31,722 bases of DNA from a virus (IMGVR_UViG_3300046007_005029:1-31722); one strand, 5' to 3'; positions 1 to 9,042 are shown, numbered from the stretch's first letter. Notes: generated from the sequence alone by a model not told the origin. A program made the numbers and translations.

Positions 1-75
1 TCATGCGGTTAGGCACGTCAATCTGCATGAAGTCAGGCCGGGAGCCTGTTTGACGTACCGGATAAATCCCGGAAT
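1..75 (-). ncRNA. Candidate pseudoknotted structured RNA downstream of the capsid terminator (probably the 5' leader of the next late gene; may run off the window)
   Basis: Complementary pairs in plus coordinates: 12-21/50-59 (10 bp, one G-U on the minus strand), 1-6/25-30, 34-38/44-48, 38-43/67-72. The pairings cross each other. Confidence 0.55.
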
Positions 76-94
76 TACTGCCTTTATATACTAC

Positions 95-117
95 AAAAAA
101 GGGGGCGTAAAGCCCCC
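95..117 (-). terminator. Rho-independent terminator after the major capsid gene
   Basis: GGGGGC-gtaaa-GCCCCC hairpin (101-117) with A6 at 95-100, a U-tract on the minus strand; just past the MCP stop. Confidence 0.85.
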
Positions 118-125
118 CTTTCTTC

Positions 126-1034
126 TTACGCGCCTGGCGAACCGTACATGCCGAGCGGGTCAGACCAGCCGAACGAATAACGCTCACGAGACTTGTAACG
201 AACGTTACCAGTATCGAAGTCACCATCCATCGACTGCTGCAACGGGGTACGCACAAAGTGCTTCATACCGTTAGGCACGTCAGTGGTCAGGAACCATGCG
301 TTCGTGTCGGTCAAGAAGTGGTTGATCGTAAAGCCTTCTGGGATCGAACCGTTGTTCTTGATTGCGTTCACGTCGTTGTCGTTGGTACCGACACGCAGTT
401 CAGTTTCCAGCAGGCGGGTTGCCACGAACTGCAATGCAGGCGGGACAATCAGCTTGCGGGGCTTGGCTGCGATCAGCAGGCCACGTTCGTCGGTCCAGCC
501 TGCGATTTGAATCACAGCGTTTTCCAACGAGGTTTCGTTCAAATCTGCCGCAGTGGCAGGCTCGTTCGAGTTAGTGCCGCCTGATACCAGAGGGTGCGAG
601 TCAGAGAACAGAGCAACGCCGTCGCCACCAGGGTAGCTGTTGGAGAAGCCGTTGTTCAAAACTGCTGCTGCTTTTACCTGCTTGGTATACGACATAGCAC
701 GAGCCAGCGCCTTGGTATAACGAGCCGACAGGCTGTCATACAGGTTATCTTCGATGGCCTCTTCGGTCAGCGAGAAACCCAGAGCGATGGTTTCGTGGTT
801 GTATCGAGCAGTCCAAGCTTCCTGGCCGTTGTCGTACGAGATCGCAGAACCTTCGTTCTTGACCGGTGCGGCACTGAAGCCAGACAGTTTGGTTTCTTCT
901 TCGAAGGAACGCTCGGAAGTCTCGGTTTCGTAGATTTCCTTGTGCTCTTCGCCGTAGCGAGCATACTCCATGCCGAACAAAGCGTTCAGGCCAGGCAGCA
1001 GCTCTTTCAGTAGTTGTGCGCGTGAAATAGCCAT
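126..1034 (-). CDS. Major capsid protein (Mu gpT-like family)
   Basis: 302 aa; MAISRAQLLKELLPGLNALFG start and KPRKLIVPPAL...AWFL...DFDTGNVRYK..ERYSFGWSDP motifs typical of this MCP family; AAGGAG RBS; follows scaffold and portal. Confidence 0.9.
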   Translation of the reverse strand: MAISRAQLLKELLPGLNALFGMEYARYGEEHKEIYETETSERSFEEETKLSGFSAAPVKNEGSAISYDNGQEAWTARYNHETIALGFSLTEEAIEDNLYDSLSARYTKALARAMSYTKQVKAAAVLNNGFSNSYPGGDGVALFSDSHPLVSGGTNSNEPATAADLNETSLENAVIQIAGWTDERGLLIAAKPRKLIVPPALQFVATRLLETELRVGTNDNDVNAIKNNGSIPEGFTINHFLTDTNAWFLTTDVPNGMKHFVRTPLQQSMDGDFDTGNVRYKSRERYSFGWSDPLGMYGSPGA

Positions 1035-1044
1035 GTCTTACTCC

Positions 1045-1725
1045 TTAAACGCCAACAGGGTTGTTGTACTGATGGCCACCGGTGACGGTCGAAGTAACAG
1101 TAGTTGTCACAACGTTAGTCGAGGTGTTCAGTGTTGAAGTTGCGGTAGACACCACATACGGTGCGTTGAATTTGCAAATAAATTCGCAGAAGCTACCACC
1201 GGAGTTGGCCGTATCTGGCACAACGTCGATGATGCGAATTGGCAACGATGCAGTGGTAGCCACCGATGCGCCGTTAATTGCAACAGCCGAATCGCCCGTA
1301 GTAGTCGAACCAGCGTTCTGAACCAGCGGTGCGTTCGAGCCAACAACGGTCTGTGCGTAGAAAGCCACAACAGTTGTACCCGAAACAGCAGCTACCTTAA
1401 ACAGAACATCAGGATCATCCACAACATAAGCCTGAGCATCAGTAGCGACCGTGTTAGCTGGCCAGTACTGAGTTTGCAGTCTTTGCTTGGTTGTTGGGTT
1501 GGTATAAACGCAGCCCAAGAAAACACCTACAGGGGTTGCAGTTGTAGTGCCGGTGTCTTTCTCAACGGTGCCAGAAGATACCAGTTTCACAACGTCGCCA
1601 TAGAAGATGTCAGTGTTGTACTCACTAGCAATCTTCATGAGACGAGTGGAACCGGCATACACCTGACCACCGATCAGGTTTACCGGACGTAGGCCGTAAG
1701 GGGCCGATACAGTCGGATATGCCAT
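1045..1725 (-). CDS. Putative capsid decoration/cement protein
   Basis: 226 aa, rich in G/T/V/A; APYGLRPV and IFYGDVV..GVFLGC.Y..VVDDPDVLF motifs; directly upstream of MCP with an identical initiation region. Confidence 0.6.
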   Translation of the reverse strand: MAYPTVSAPYGLRPVNLIGGQVYAGSTRLMKIASEYNTDIFYGDVVKLVSSGTVEKDTGTTTATPVGVFLGCVYTNPTTKQRLQTQYWPANTVATDAQAYVVDDPDVLFKVAAVSGTTVVAFYAQTVVGSNAPLVQNAGSTTTGDSAVAINGASVATTASLPIRIIDVVPDTANSGGSFCEFICKFNAPYVVSTATSTLNTSTNVVTTTVTSTVTGGHQYNNPVGV

Positions 1726-1745
1726 GTCTTACTCCAAAAAGTTTG

Positions 1746-2186
1746 TTAGCCCGCCTTAGAAACCGAAGACTTCGATTCCTTAAAGAGAGGCATCCGAGGG
1801 TCATTTTGACGCATCAGATTATTGTCTACCGACTGGAGTTGGCCTTCAGCTTGCTTCAAGTAATAAGCATTACGCTGTTCGACAAACTCTATAGGCGTCT
1901 TGCAGAGCAATAACCCGCCGACCTCAACGTTGTCTTTGAATCGACTGTTGGGGTCTACCATCAATTGAAACTGGGGCTGTTCCTCTAACTTCACCGGCTC
2001 CCAACCTTCTCGCTGTTTAGCAGAGATGTTGCGGGGATCGGCTGTATTTAGAGTAGAAACCCTAATCCATCTGTACGCAAAGCCAGGCTGCTTATCCGGT
2101 TCTGGTAACAGTTCCGGTGGTGTCCAAGCCTTTGGACGTTCTGCCGTTGCTCGCGTTTCTATACTACGTGGTGTCTTATCAGCCAT
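1746..2186 (-). CDS. Conserved phage head-module protein, function unknown
   Basis: Start moved to ATG 2186 (GGAGG RBS); PGFAYRWIRVS..D.RNIS...REGWEPV..VGGLLLCK motifs; lies between scaffold and decoration genes. Confidence 0.7.
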   Translation of the reverse strand: MADKTPRSIETRATAERPKAWTPPELLPEPDKQPGFAYRWIRVSTLNTADPRNISAKQREGWEPVKLEEQPQFQLMVDPNSRFKDNVEVGGLLLCKTPIEFVEQRNAYYLKQAEGQLQSVDNNLMRQNDPRMPLFKESKSSVSKAG

Positions 2187-3141
2187 TTTTGGCCTCCAAT
2201 TTTTGCATTTCACGGATGTAAGCTTCTGGGGTAATACCCAATTTCTTGATTGTGTTTACCGTAGACTGCTTCAGTTTGACCTTTTTGGAGGCCGTCGTGC
2301 GCGTCGCCGGAGCTACAACCGTCGCTGCTTTCTCTGTACGCTGTCGGTTTGTGGACGGCGTTTCTTCTTGCGAATCTGAAAATGCCTCTGGGAAGCGTCG
2401 TCTCATCGTATGATCGACCTTCTGCCAGTATTCGTCCGTAGACGGATAAGCCTGACCGTATTCGCTTACGAGCTTTTGGTGTAAGCCCAAAGCCAAACTG
2501 GTCATCTCCGGATCCTTTCCAAACCACTGATTGCGCTCTTGCCACGCCATCATCTTTGGATCAGGCCGGGATGCCGGCACTTCTGGCTCGCGTTGTACAA
2601 CAGTTTCTTCCTGTTGTAAAGCAGGCACGTATTCACTTGCCCGCCGCAACTTGTACTGAGCGTCATTCAGCTGCTGCTGCGCCTCTACCAACTTCTCCGG
2701 ATCGCCCATGTCATAGGCATCCTTGTAGGCACGCTTGGCAACATCCAGCTCCATCTCCGCTGCCGTCTTGTACGTATCCACGAACGTCTGCTCGCCGCGC
2801 GAGATCCGCCCCTTCAACGACTTGTTTTCCTCCATCATTCGCTTGGCGAAATCGATGGCTTCCTGCTGCTCACGCAACGCCTGCTCTTTCTCACGGCGCT
2901 CGTCGTTCCAGACCTTCTTCAGCTGCTTCAGCTTGGTCTTGACGTTGTCGGAATACTCCTCCAACTCGTCCTTCTCAAGCTCCTCCACTACATTCTTGGG
3001 TAAAGGCTGTCGGCCACGGTCAACCTCGGGCGTATCGTCCTCAATCTCAATCTCAAACTCGTCTTCCTGCGCAGCCTCTACCTTCTGCTCTTTTTCGTCA
3101 GGAAACTCGAAATCATCCATCTGCATTTGATTTGCCATCAT
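2179..3141 (-). CDS. Putative capsid scaffolding protein
   Basis: 320 aa, acidic N-terminus, long coiled coil, C-terminal KKLGITPEAY helix; position between portal and MCP; AAGGAG RBS. Confidence 0.65.
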   Translation of the reverse strand: MMANQMQMDDFEFPDEKEQKVEAAQEDEFEIEIEDDTPEVDRGRQPLPKNVVEELEKDELEEYSDNVKTKLKQLKKVWNDERREKEQALREQQEAIDFAKRMMEENKSLKGRISRGEQTFVDTYKTAAEMELDVAKRAYKDAYDMGDPEKLVEAQQQLNDAQYKLRRASEYVPALQQEETVVQREPEVPASRPDPKMMAWQERNQWFGKDPEMTSLALGLHQKLVSEYGQAYPSTDEYWQKVDHTMRRRFPEAFSDSQEETPSTNRQRTEKAATVVAPATRTTASKKVKLKQSTVNTIKKLGITPEAYIREMQKLEAKNG

Positions 3142-3152
3142 GTTTCTCCTTG

Positions 3153-3554
3153 TTAAGCCCGACTAATGCCGCGTGGATCATCTACTACTGCCTCCACCGT
3201 ATCGTCGTTCAGAAGTCTGAATTCACGACCGTGAATCTTCAGACGGGTGCCAGAGTTAGGACGGGCGAGAATGAAATCCCCTTCCTTGCACCACGGACCG
3301 TTTGGAAACCGTTTCTCATCTTTGTAGCAGTCCGGTCCCAATTTCACTACGAAGAACACCGTAGCCAGCACTTGTTCGTGGTGCATGGTGGCGTCCGCTT
3401 TTGCTAACCCGCTTTCAAACTTATCTTCCACTTCCGGCAACGCTACCAGGATGTGATAGCCCGTCGGTTCGGGAAGTTGTTTGGCCTTCTCCTCTGCTGT
3501 TTGGGGCAGAGTGGATACTTCACCGCTGTCTGTGGCGATGGCGATCTCAGTCAT
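3153..3554 (-). CDS. groES: GroES-like co-chaperonin (Cpn10)
   Basis: PEPTGYHILV..ESGL..VVKLGPDCY..PWCKEGDFIL...SGTRLKIHGREFRLLNDDTVEAVV matches the Cpn10 pattern. Confidence 0.85.
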   Translation of the reverse strand: MTEIAIATDSGEVSTLPQTAEEKAKQLPEPTGYHILVALPEVEDKFESGLAKADATMHHEQVLATVFFVVKLGPDCYKDEKRFPNGPWCKEGDFILARPNSGTRLKIHGREFRLLNDDTVEAVVDDPRGISRA

Positions 3555-3738
3555 CAGAAAACTCCATTTGTTTTGCTAGATCAAGAATGAAACCTTCGGC
3601 CATTGATAAGCCTCTGATTTCCCCGCAGAGCTTTTGGTACTCTGCATAGTCCTTAGCCGCGTTGGTGGACACGGCCTCAACTATCTGTTGTCGCTTCTGC
3701 CTGATTTGCTCTAGCAGTACTTCCAGCGTTTTTTCCAT
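3547..3738 (-). CDS. Small conserved phage protein between portal and groES
   Basis: 63 aa helical, DYAEYQKLCGEIRGL motif, AAGGAG RBS, overlaps groES start. Confidence 0.7.
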   Translation of the reverse strand: MEKTLEVLLEQIRQKRQQIVEAVSTNAAKDYAEYQKLCGEIRGLSMAEGFILDLAKQMEFSDD

Positions 3739-3741
3739 ACA

Positions 3742-6204
3742 TTACTCCTTGCCTCTTGTCGGCTTTGGTAACTGTGGACGATTCATTGCTATTTGATCTT
3801 TGGCCATTTGGGAACCGAGTCTGACGCCCTCTAGCTCCATCTTTGCCTCAAGATCTGCTTTGTCTTTGGCGGTTTTGGCGCCAACCTGCATACCTGCAAT
3901 CTCTTTCTGTGCCTCGATACGCTCTTCCTCAATCCGCAGACGGTCAGCTTTGTCAGCCATATCAATAGCAAGCTTCTGCTTCTTCAGCTCCAGCTCCTGC
4001 TGCTTCAACTGCAACTCTGCCTGCTGCATCTGGACAATCGGATCTTGCGCTGCTTCCTGCGCCTGCTGCTGTTGCTGCTCTGCCTGATCCTTCTGCAACA
4101 ACTTGCCTGCCGCGGCTGCCATCATCCGAGACACTTCGACTTCCATTTCCTCCGGCAATTCCTTGTCCATCTCTGGCAGCGGAACGCCCAGCATCTCTTC
4201 AATCTGCTTGCGATATTCAAACGCCGTATGCTCTGCAATGTGCGCCTGCATCGCCGCCTGCATTGCTTGAGCATTCGGGTTCTGGCCAATTGCCTGCATG
4301 ATCTTCGGATCCTGCATTACAGACGTATGCACCTGAATGTGCGCCTGATGATCCTGATAAATGAACGCCTTCACCGGCTTCATATTCATGATGGCCATGT
4401 TTTCCGATACCGGATCTTTCGGCTTCTGATCCTCCGCGCCCGGCACCAGCTTGCCGATGTTCTTAATACCCAGAACATCTAGCATCTGACGGTTCAGCTC
4501 CACCATGTCGTAGATCTGCGGGTTCTGTTGCGCCATCTGCATCACAGCCTGATACTGCACAACCTTCTGCGCCATCGTGGCCGAGTTAGGATCGGACACT
4601 GGGATCACATCCACCTGATCGTAGTCAGACTGTTTCGCGCGGCGTGTACCCTCGACCGGCTCGTAGCTGTACTCTTCAGGGGTGTAGTCGCGGATGATCT
4701 CTTTTAGCAGCTTTAATTCCTGCTTCATCGCGTAGTGCATACGCGCCTGCACCGCAGACATAACTTTCAGGGTGCGCTCGAGAATCGCCAGAGTCGTACC
4801 TACCGGCGAGTTGGCCGACATATCCGCTACCTTCAGATCAGCCGCCGAGGCAAAACGGCGCCCCTCTTCGACGATCTGATTCATCAAGGTCAGAAGGACC
4901 TGACTTGGCTCCTTATAGGGAAGAGGCAGGATATTGTCTCGTATCGTTCCTGCCGCAACGTCCACATCTCGAAACTCTCCCGGTGCAATCGGGGTGTCAT
5001 CGCCTTTAACTCGCATCCCTTTGGTCTTAAGTCCGCCAGGGAGGTTGGATAATGTGCCGGCGTCCACGAGCTGACGAATGATACTAGTGCCAGACTTAGC
5101 GAAAGCGCCAATAAGATGTATGAGGCCAAACGCATAGAATCCAAACCCCGGTATGTAGGGATAATGGACAAAGTGGGAGCGCTTCTGTTTGCCCTCGTCC
5201 TCCGGATGGTAGTTGCGCCGGATTGCCAAGATTTCCTGTGATGTCTTTTCAATCGTGACAATATACGGAAGCCCGATCCCAGTTTCCTCGCCATCATCGT
5301 CTTTATCCTCATAGCCGGGCAGATCTAAATAGACCTGCATTTCCAAGAGTTTGTACCGATCATCCGTCGTGGCTCGGAAGCCCATCTTCTCGGCAATCTT
5401 CTTCTCAATATCGTCCAGCACATTCTCAGGTTCTGGCAGGTCAATATCTCGATAAAAGCCAGCCACCATCAACTTGCGCAGATCGTTCTTAGTCTTCCTC
5501 ATGACATGCGTCACACGCGGCGCTGTCTCTAAGTTACTCGCCCCGTACGGCACCACCACATCTTCCGCCGGTACATAAATAGACACCTGACGGTCCAGAC
5601 TTGGATCGAAGTAAACCTTCTTGAACCCGTTGCCAGACAAGCCCAAGCCCCACAACATACGCTCATGCTCCGGGCGATACTCCACCATCACCTCGGTGAG
5701 CTGGTAGTTCATGTCATCCCGGACTCGGTCTGAGGCTTCTTTCTTTTCGGGTGTCTCTTTGCCAATGATCTTGGTTTTAACCGGCCCAGCGGCAGGGAAA
5801 GTTTCCATGATCGTCTCAGACTGGAACTTAACCAAGGCTTCCGAAAGGAGCGGGTGGTAGACCCCGCAGGCGCCTTCCCACGGTTCAGACCGTTCTTCAA
5901 TCTTCATCCCCAATAGTTCTAGGCCATCGACATACGTTTGCATCCAATCCTTGCGACTGGAGATGTCCTCGTCAAAATCACCGATCAAGTCACCCGCGAT
6001 TTCCTGCAACACGTCTTCCGGCAAGTGTTCTGCCAAGTTGGCGTTGAACTCATCGTCAGGCACGTCCGGCTCGATCTCAATCTCCAGCCCGCCGATCCCA
6101 ATACTCACCGACTCCGGATCTTCGATCTCAATCTCAATCTCCGGCTCCATTTCCTCTAGCCCAGCCGGTGCTTGGTACAAAGCTTTGTCAAAATTGGTTG
6201 CCAT
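3742..6204 (-). CDS. Portal protein
   Basis: 820 aa immediately after terL; D..SRKDW, PWEGACGVYHPLL, G.GFKKVYFD motifs; Q-rich coiled-coil C-terminal barrel as in P22-like portals. Confidence 0.85.
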   Translation of the reverse strand: MATNFDKALYQAPAGLEEMEPEIEIEIEDPESVSIGIGGLEIEIEPDVPDDEFNANLAEHLPEDVLQEIAGDLIGDFDEDISSRKDWMQTYVDGLELLGMKIEERSEPWEGACGVYHPLLSEALVKFQSETIMETFPAAGPVKTKIIGKETPEKKEASDRVRDDMNYQLTEVMVEYRPEHERMLWGLGLSGNGFKKVYFDPSLDRQVSIYVPAEDVVVPYGASNLETAPRVTHVMRKTKNDLRKLMVAGFYRDIDLPEPENVLDDIEKKIAEKMGFRATTDDRYKLLEMQVYLDLPGYEDKDDDGEETGIGLPYIVTIEKTSQEILAIRRNYHPEDEGKQKRSHFVHYPYIPGFGFYAFGLIHLIGAFAKSGTSIIRQLVDAGTLSNLPGGLKTKGMRVKGDDTPIAPGEFRDVDVAAGTIRDNILPLPYKEPSQVLLTLMNQIVEEGRRFASAADLKVADMSANSPVGTTLAILERTLKVMSAVQARMHYAMKQELKLLKEIIRDYTPEEYSYEPVEGTRRAKQSDYDQVDVIPVSDPNSATMAQKVVQYQAVMQMAQQNPQIYDMVELNRQMLDVLGIKNIGKLVPGAEDQKPKDPVSENMAIMNMKPVKAFIYQDHQAHIQVHTSVMQDPKIMQAIGQNPNAQAMQAAMQAHIAEHTAFEYRKQIEEMLGVPLPEMDKELPEEMEVEVSRMMAAAAGKLLQKDQAEQQQQQAQEAAQDPIVQMQQAELQLKQQELELKKQKLAIDMADKADRLRIEEERIEAQKEIAGMQVGAKTAKDKADLEAKMELEGVRLGSQMAKDQIAMNRPQLPKPTRGKE

Positions 6205-6213
6205 GTTTCATCC

Positions 6214-7695
6214 TCAGTAATAGCTTCGCTTACGGCGGAAGCCTAAATCCTCGTCATCTTCGTCCGTGTCCAGCCGCAAGAACCCGCCTTGCCGAAATCG
6301 CATAAGCGCCTGCACACTGGAGTCCACCAGATCGTCGTGTTCCGCGTTCGGGAACCGCGCCATCTCTTCAATTACCTCGTCCGCCCACCTAGTCTCGGGC
6401 GCCCACACTTTACCGGAAGAAAATAGGTCTGTAACGCTGTTCAAACGCACGAACTTGTCGTTCCCTTTTGTCGGCGTGTAGTCCTGAACCATCACACCCA
6501 TCCGTCTCAACTCGTGAATCAGCGGCGCACCCGCAGCTTTTGCTTCAATAATGCAGGAATCCGGCTCCCATTCGTCATAAAGCCGCTTGGCCATGGCCTT
6601 TAACTCCGGAAATTCCACCTTTTCCTTCCACGCATCCAGCAAAATGATGTTCACATCACTCGGATCTTCATTCAAATGGAACACACCCCACGTCGTACAC
6701 GCAGAATAGTCAGCCCGTTGACTCTTAGAGTACGCCGTATCCCAACTTTGGATGATAAATTCACACGCAGGCGGCCTTTCTCGCTCCCACCGACGCCACC
6801 AGTCCCGCTTTACTATCGCACCCTCTTCACCCGTGGGCTTTTGCTGGTACTGGGCGTTCCATTTATACGGTGGAAGTTCTTCTTTTAACGCCTCCAACTC
6901 CTCCAGCGCCCAGAATTCTGGCCATAGAGAGCTGCCGGACGGCAAAATTGCTGGAAGTTCTATCAACTCCCACTCAGTACTGTCACTTTTTATCACCCGG
7001 CCAGTCAGATCCTTGTCCGACCAGCGCGTCATCACCACCACTATCGCCCCGCCCGGCTGTAAACGCTGCCGTGGGCCAGACGTGTACCACTCATAAACAC
7101 TATCAAAGACGCTCGGATCCCCTTGCGCCAATCTCGCTTCCTGTTCCGAATGCGGATCGTCAATAATCAGCAGATCAGCACCCTTACCCGTCACCGTCCC
7201 GCCAACACCAATCGCAAAATAATCGCCACCGTGTGACGTCGCCCAACGACCCGCCGCCTTAGAATCCGCTCTCAGCCCCACATTCGGGAATATTTTCGCG
7301 TACGCCTCACTATCTACCAGGTTCCTGACCTTCCGGCCAAACCCCACCGCCAGTTCTGCGGTATTCGACGTCTGGATCACCTTCTTATTCGGATACTTCC
7401 CCAAGAACCACGCCGGCAATAAGTAACTCGCAAACTCACTTTTCGTGTGCCGCGGCGGCATATTAATAATCAGCCGCTTTAACTTCCCCTGCGCTATCTC
7501 CTCAAACTTCTTGGCCATAAGAGCATGATGCCGCCCGTGTATAAACCCCGGCCACATCTCTTTCACAAAAGCCATAAAAGATCCCTGCGCCTTCTCCCGT
7601 ACCAGCGCGTCCTTATACTCCCCCACCTGGGCTAATAACTTCTCCTGCTCCGCGCGCGGCAACTTCCCTATCAGCTCAGATAAATCCATACTCAC
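6214..7695 (-). CDS. terL: Terminase large subunit
   Basis: Walker A-like INMPPRHTKSE, Walker B LLIIDDPH, motif III VMTRW, RNase H-like SWDTA and HDDLVDS. Confidence 0.95.
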   Translation of the reverse strand: MSMDLSELIGKLPRAEQEKLLAQVGEYKDALVREKAQGSFMAFVKEMWPGFIHGRHHALMAKKFEEIAQGKLKRLIINMPPRHTKSEFASYLLPAWFLGKYPNKKVIQTSNTAELAVGFGRKVRNLVDSEAYAKIFPNVGLRADSKAAGRWATSHGGDYFAIGVGGTVTGKGADLLIIDDPHSEQEARLAQGDPSVFDSVYEWYTSGPRQRLQPGGAIVVVMTRWSDKDLTGRVIKSDSTEWELIELPAILPSGSSLWPEFWALEELEALKEELPPYKWNAQYQQKPTGEEGAIVKRDWWRRWERERPPACEFIIQSWDTAYSKSQRADYSACTTWGVFHLNEDPSDVNIILLDAWKEKVEFPELKAMAKRLYDEWEPDSCIIEAKAAGAPLIHELRRMGVMVQDYTPTKGNDKFVRLNSVTDLFSSGKVWAPETRWADEVIEEMARFPNAEHDDLVDSSVQALMRFRQGGFLRLDTDEDDEDLGFRRKRSYY

Positions 7696-8003
7696 TCCAA
7701 ATACCTAAACTGTATATACACAGGCCGTACACTCCTCACCGCCCCCTTCACCTTCTTCAATACCCCCAACTTCACCAACCGCCCAATAATCTCACTCGTA
7801 TTCCCCATCCCACCCTTCCCACGGATATCACATATATCCCGTATAGAAGGACCAAACCCATACTTCTTCCACCACTCATCCACAATCAAAAAAACCTCTC
7901 TCTGCGCCGGCGTCATCACCATACCCTCACATTCCTCAAACGTCTTCTCCCGACGTCTAGCCACCATGTCCCTGTTAATCTCTATTTTGTTGCGATGCGG
8001 CAC
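7692..8003 (-). CDS. LexA-like winged-helix DNA-binding protein (N-terminal domain only; start uncertain)
   Basis: MTPAQREVFLIV.....KYGFGPSIRDIC.......S....RLVKLG.LKK..GAVRSV aligns by eye with the LexA DNA-binding domain; no peptidase domain. Confidence 0.7.
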   Translation of the reverse strand: MPHRNKIEINRDMVARRREKTFEECEGMVMTPAQREVFLIVDEWWKKYGFGPSIRDICDIRGKGGMGNTSEIIGRLVKLGVLKKVKGAVRSVRPVYIQFRYLE

Positions 8004-8039
8004 AAAAAAAACCCTTATAAATCAATGCTCCGACCCCCG

Positions 8040-8059
8040 TCTTGGAATTACTTCCAAGA
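8040..8059. promoter_or_regulatory. Palindrome TCTTGGAA-TTAC-TTCCAAGA, putative protein binding site
   Basis: Perfect 8 bp inverted repeat in the gap between terS and the LexA-like gene; 15/17 identical to the repeat unit at 16490-16506. Confidence 0.55.
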
Positions 8060-8061
8060 TT

Positions 8062-8814
8062 TTATTGCGGTGCAGCACCATCTTTTCCCAAAAATATATC
8101 CCCCCCGGGGGTGTCCGTTTCGCCAGACAAGGGGGTGGGTTCCGATTCTGGATAGGATGGTTCGTGTGGATTAGTATGTGTACCCAGGCCGGAGTCCCAT
8201 TCCCCTGATTGGGGTGATACCCCCGCGGTGGGACCATCATCCTCCTGATTTGCATCCCCTCCCCCCACTAATTCTGTGAGCAGAGCGCTTGCATCCACGT
8301 CGACAACGTCTTCTGACTGCAATGCAATCGATTTAAGCTCTTGCAATATGCGCTCTCTCATTTGTGCGCTGTCGTTGATCGTGGTGATTTGTTTGCGCTC
8401 GGTGAATGCTGCTACTTCCGTCACCGTGCCAAGGACCTTAGCCGCTTGTATCTTGGTTGCGGCTTTCACTTCGGGGTCGATCAGCGCAGAAGTGAGGGAA
8501 GAAATTACAAGCGACCGCAAAGCTTCGGCGGAATGCAACGCAGCTACCTGTTTTGCCTGTTCTAGGGCTTCTATTTCTCTCTTTATTCTCTCTTGGGCTT
8601 TCAGCATACTCGCTTTAGTACCGATAATCTTCGGGCTAGCCTTGCTGTCATAAGCGGTTCTATACGCATCCGCCCCTGTCATTTCATCCAATACAAGCGC
8701 TTCCGCAAACTTTCTTTGCTTGTGTGTGAGGGATTGGCGGGGAACTCTGAGGACGGAAGCTATTCCTTTTCCCTCTATAGCTTCCTTCAATTGTTTTCTA
8801 CTTGGGGTCTTCAT
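8062..8814 (-). CDS. terS: Terminase small subunit
   Basis: LTHKQRKFAEAL....TGADAYRTAY...........ASML.....IKREI matches the TerS N-terminal HTH; upstream of terL. Confidence 0.75.
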   Translation of the reverse strand: MKTPSRKQLKEAIEGKGIASVLRVPRQSLTHKQRKFAEALVLDEMTGADAYRTAYDSKASPKIIGTKASMLKAQERIKREIEALEQAKQVAALHSAEALRSLVISSLTSALIDPEVKAATKIQAAKVLGTVTEVAAFTERKQITTINDSAQMRERILQELKSIALQSEDVVDVDASALLTELVGGGDANQEDDGPTAGVSPQSGEWDSGLGTHTNPHEPSYPESEPTPLSGETDTPGGDIFLGKDGAAPQ

Positions 8815-8969
8815 TTGGTGCCGTTGTTCGCTCCGCTCACTTGCGGCTTACGGGCGGACAATACCGGAACAAATACAGAAAATCAATCACTCGCCCAAAA
8901 CTGATAGCCAGACTATCGATTCCAGGCGCTTGATTAAAAAATACAATGAAAAAATGCAATATGTCCCCC

Positions 8970-8997
8970 TTGATTTATATATTGTTTCGTCTAATAT
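8970..8997 (+). promoter_or_regulatory. Putative sigma70 promoter of the early gene cluster
   Basis: TTGATT-16 nt-TAATAT with A-tracts upstream (8930-8955), about 45 nt before the first plus-strand ORF. Confidence 0.55.
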
Positions 8998-9042
8998 CCC
9001 TTCCATGCGCTTCACTCCGGAGCGCTTCACTAAGGGGATGAA

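Noticed and set aside
258-7166. Many plus-strand ORFs opposite the head and packaging genes
   Set aside because: Antisense shadows of well-supported genes; no RBS, implausible composition.
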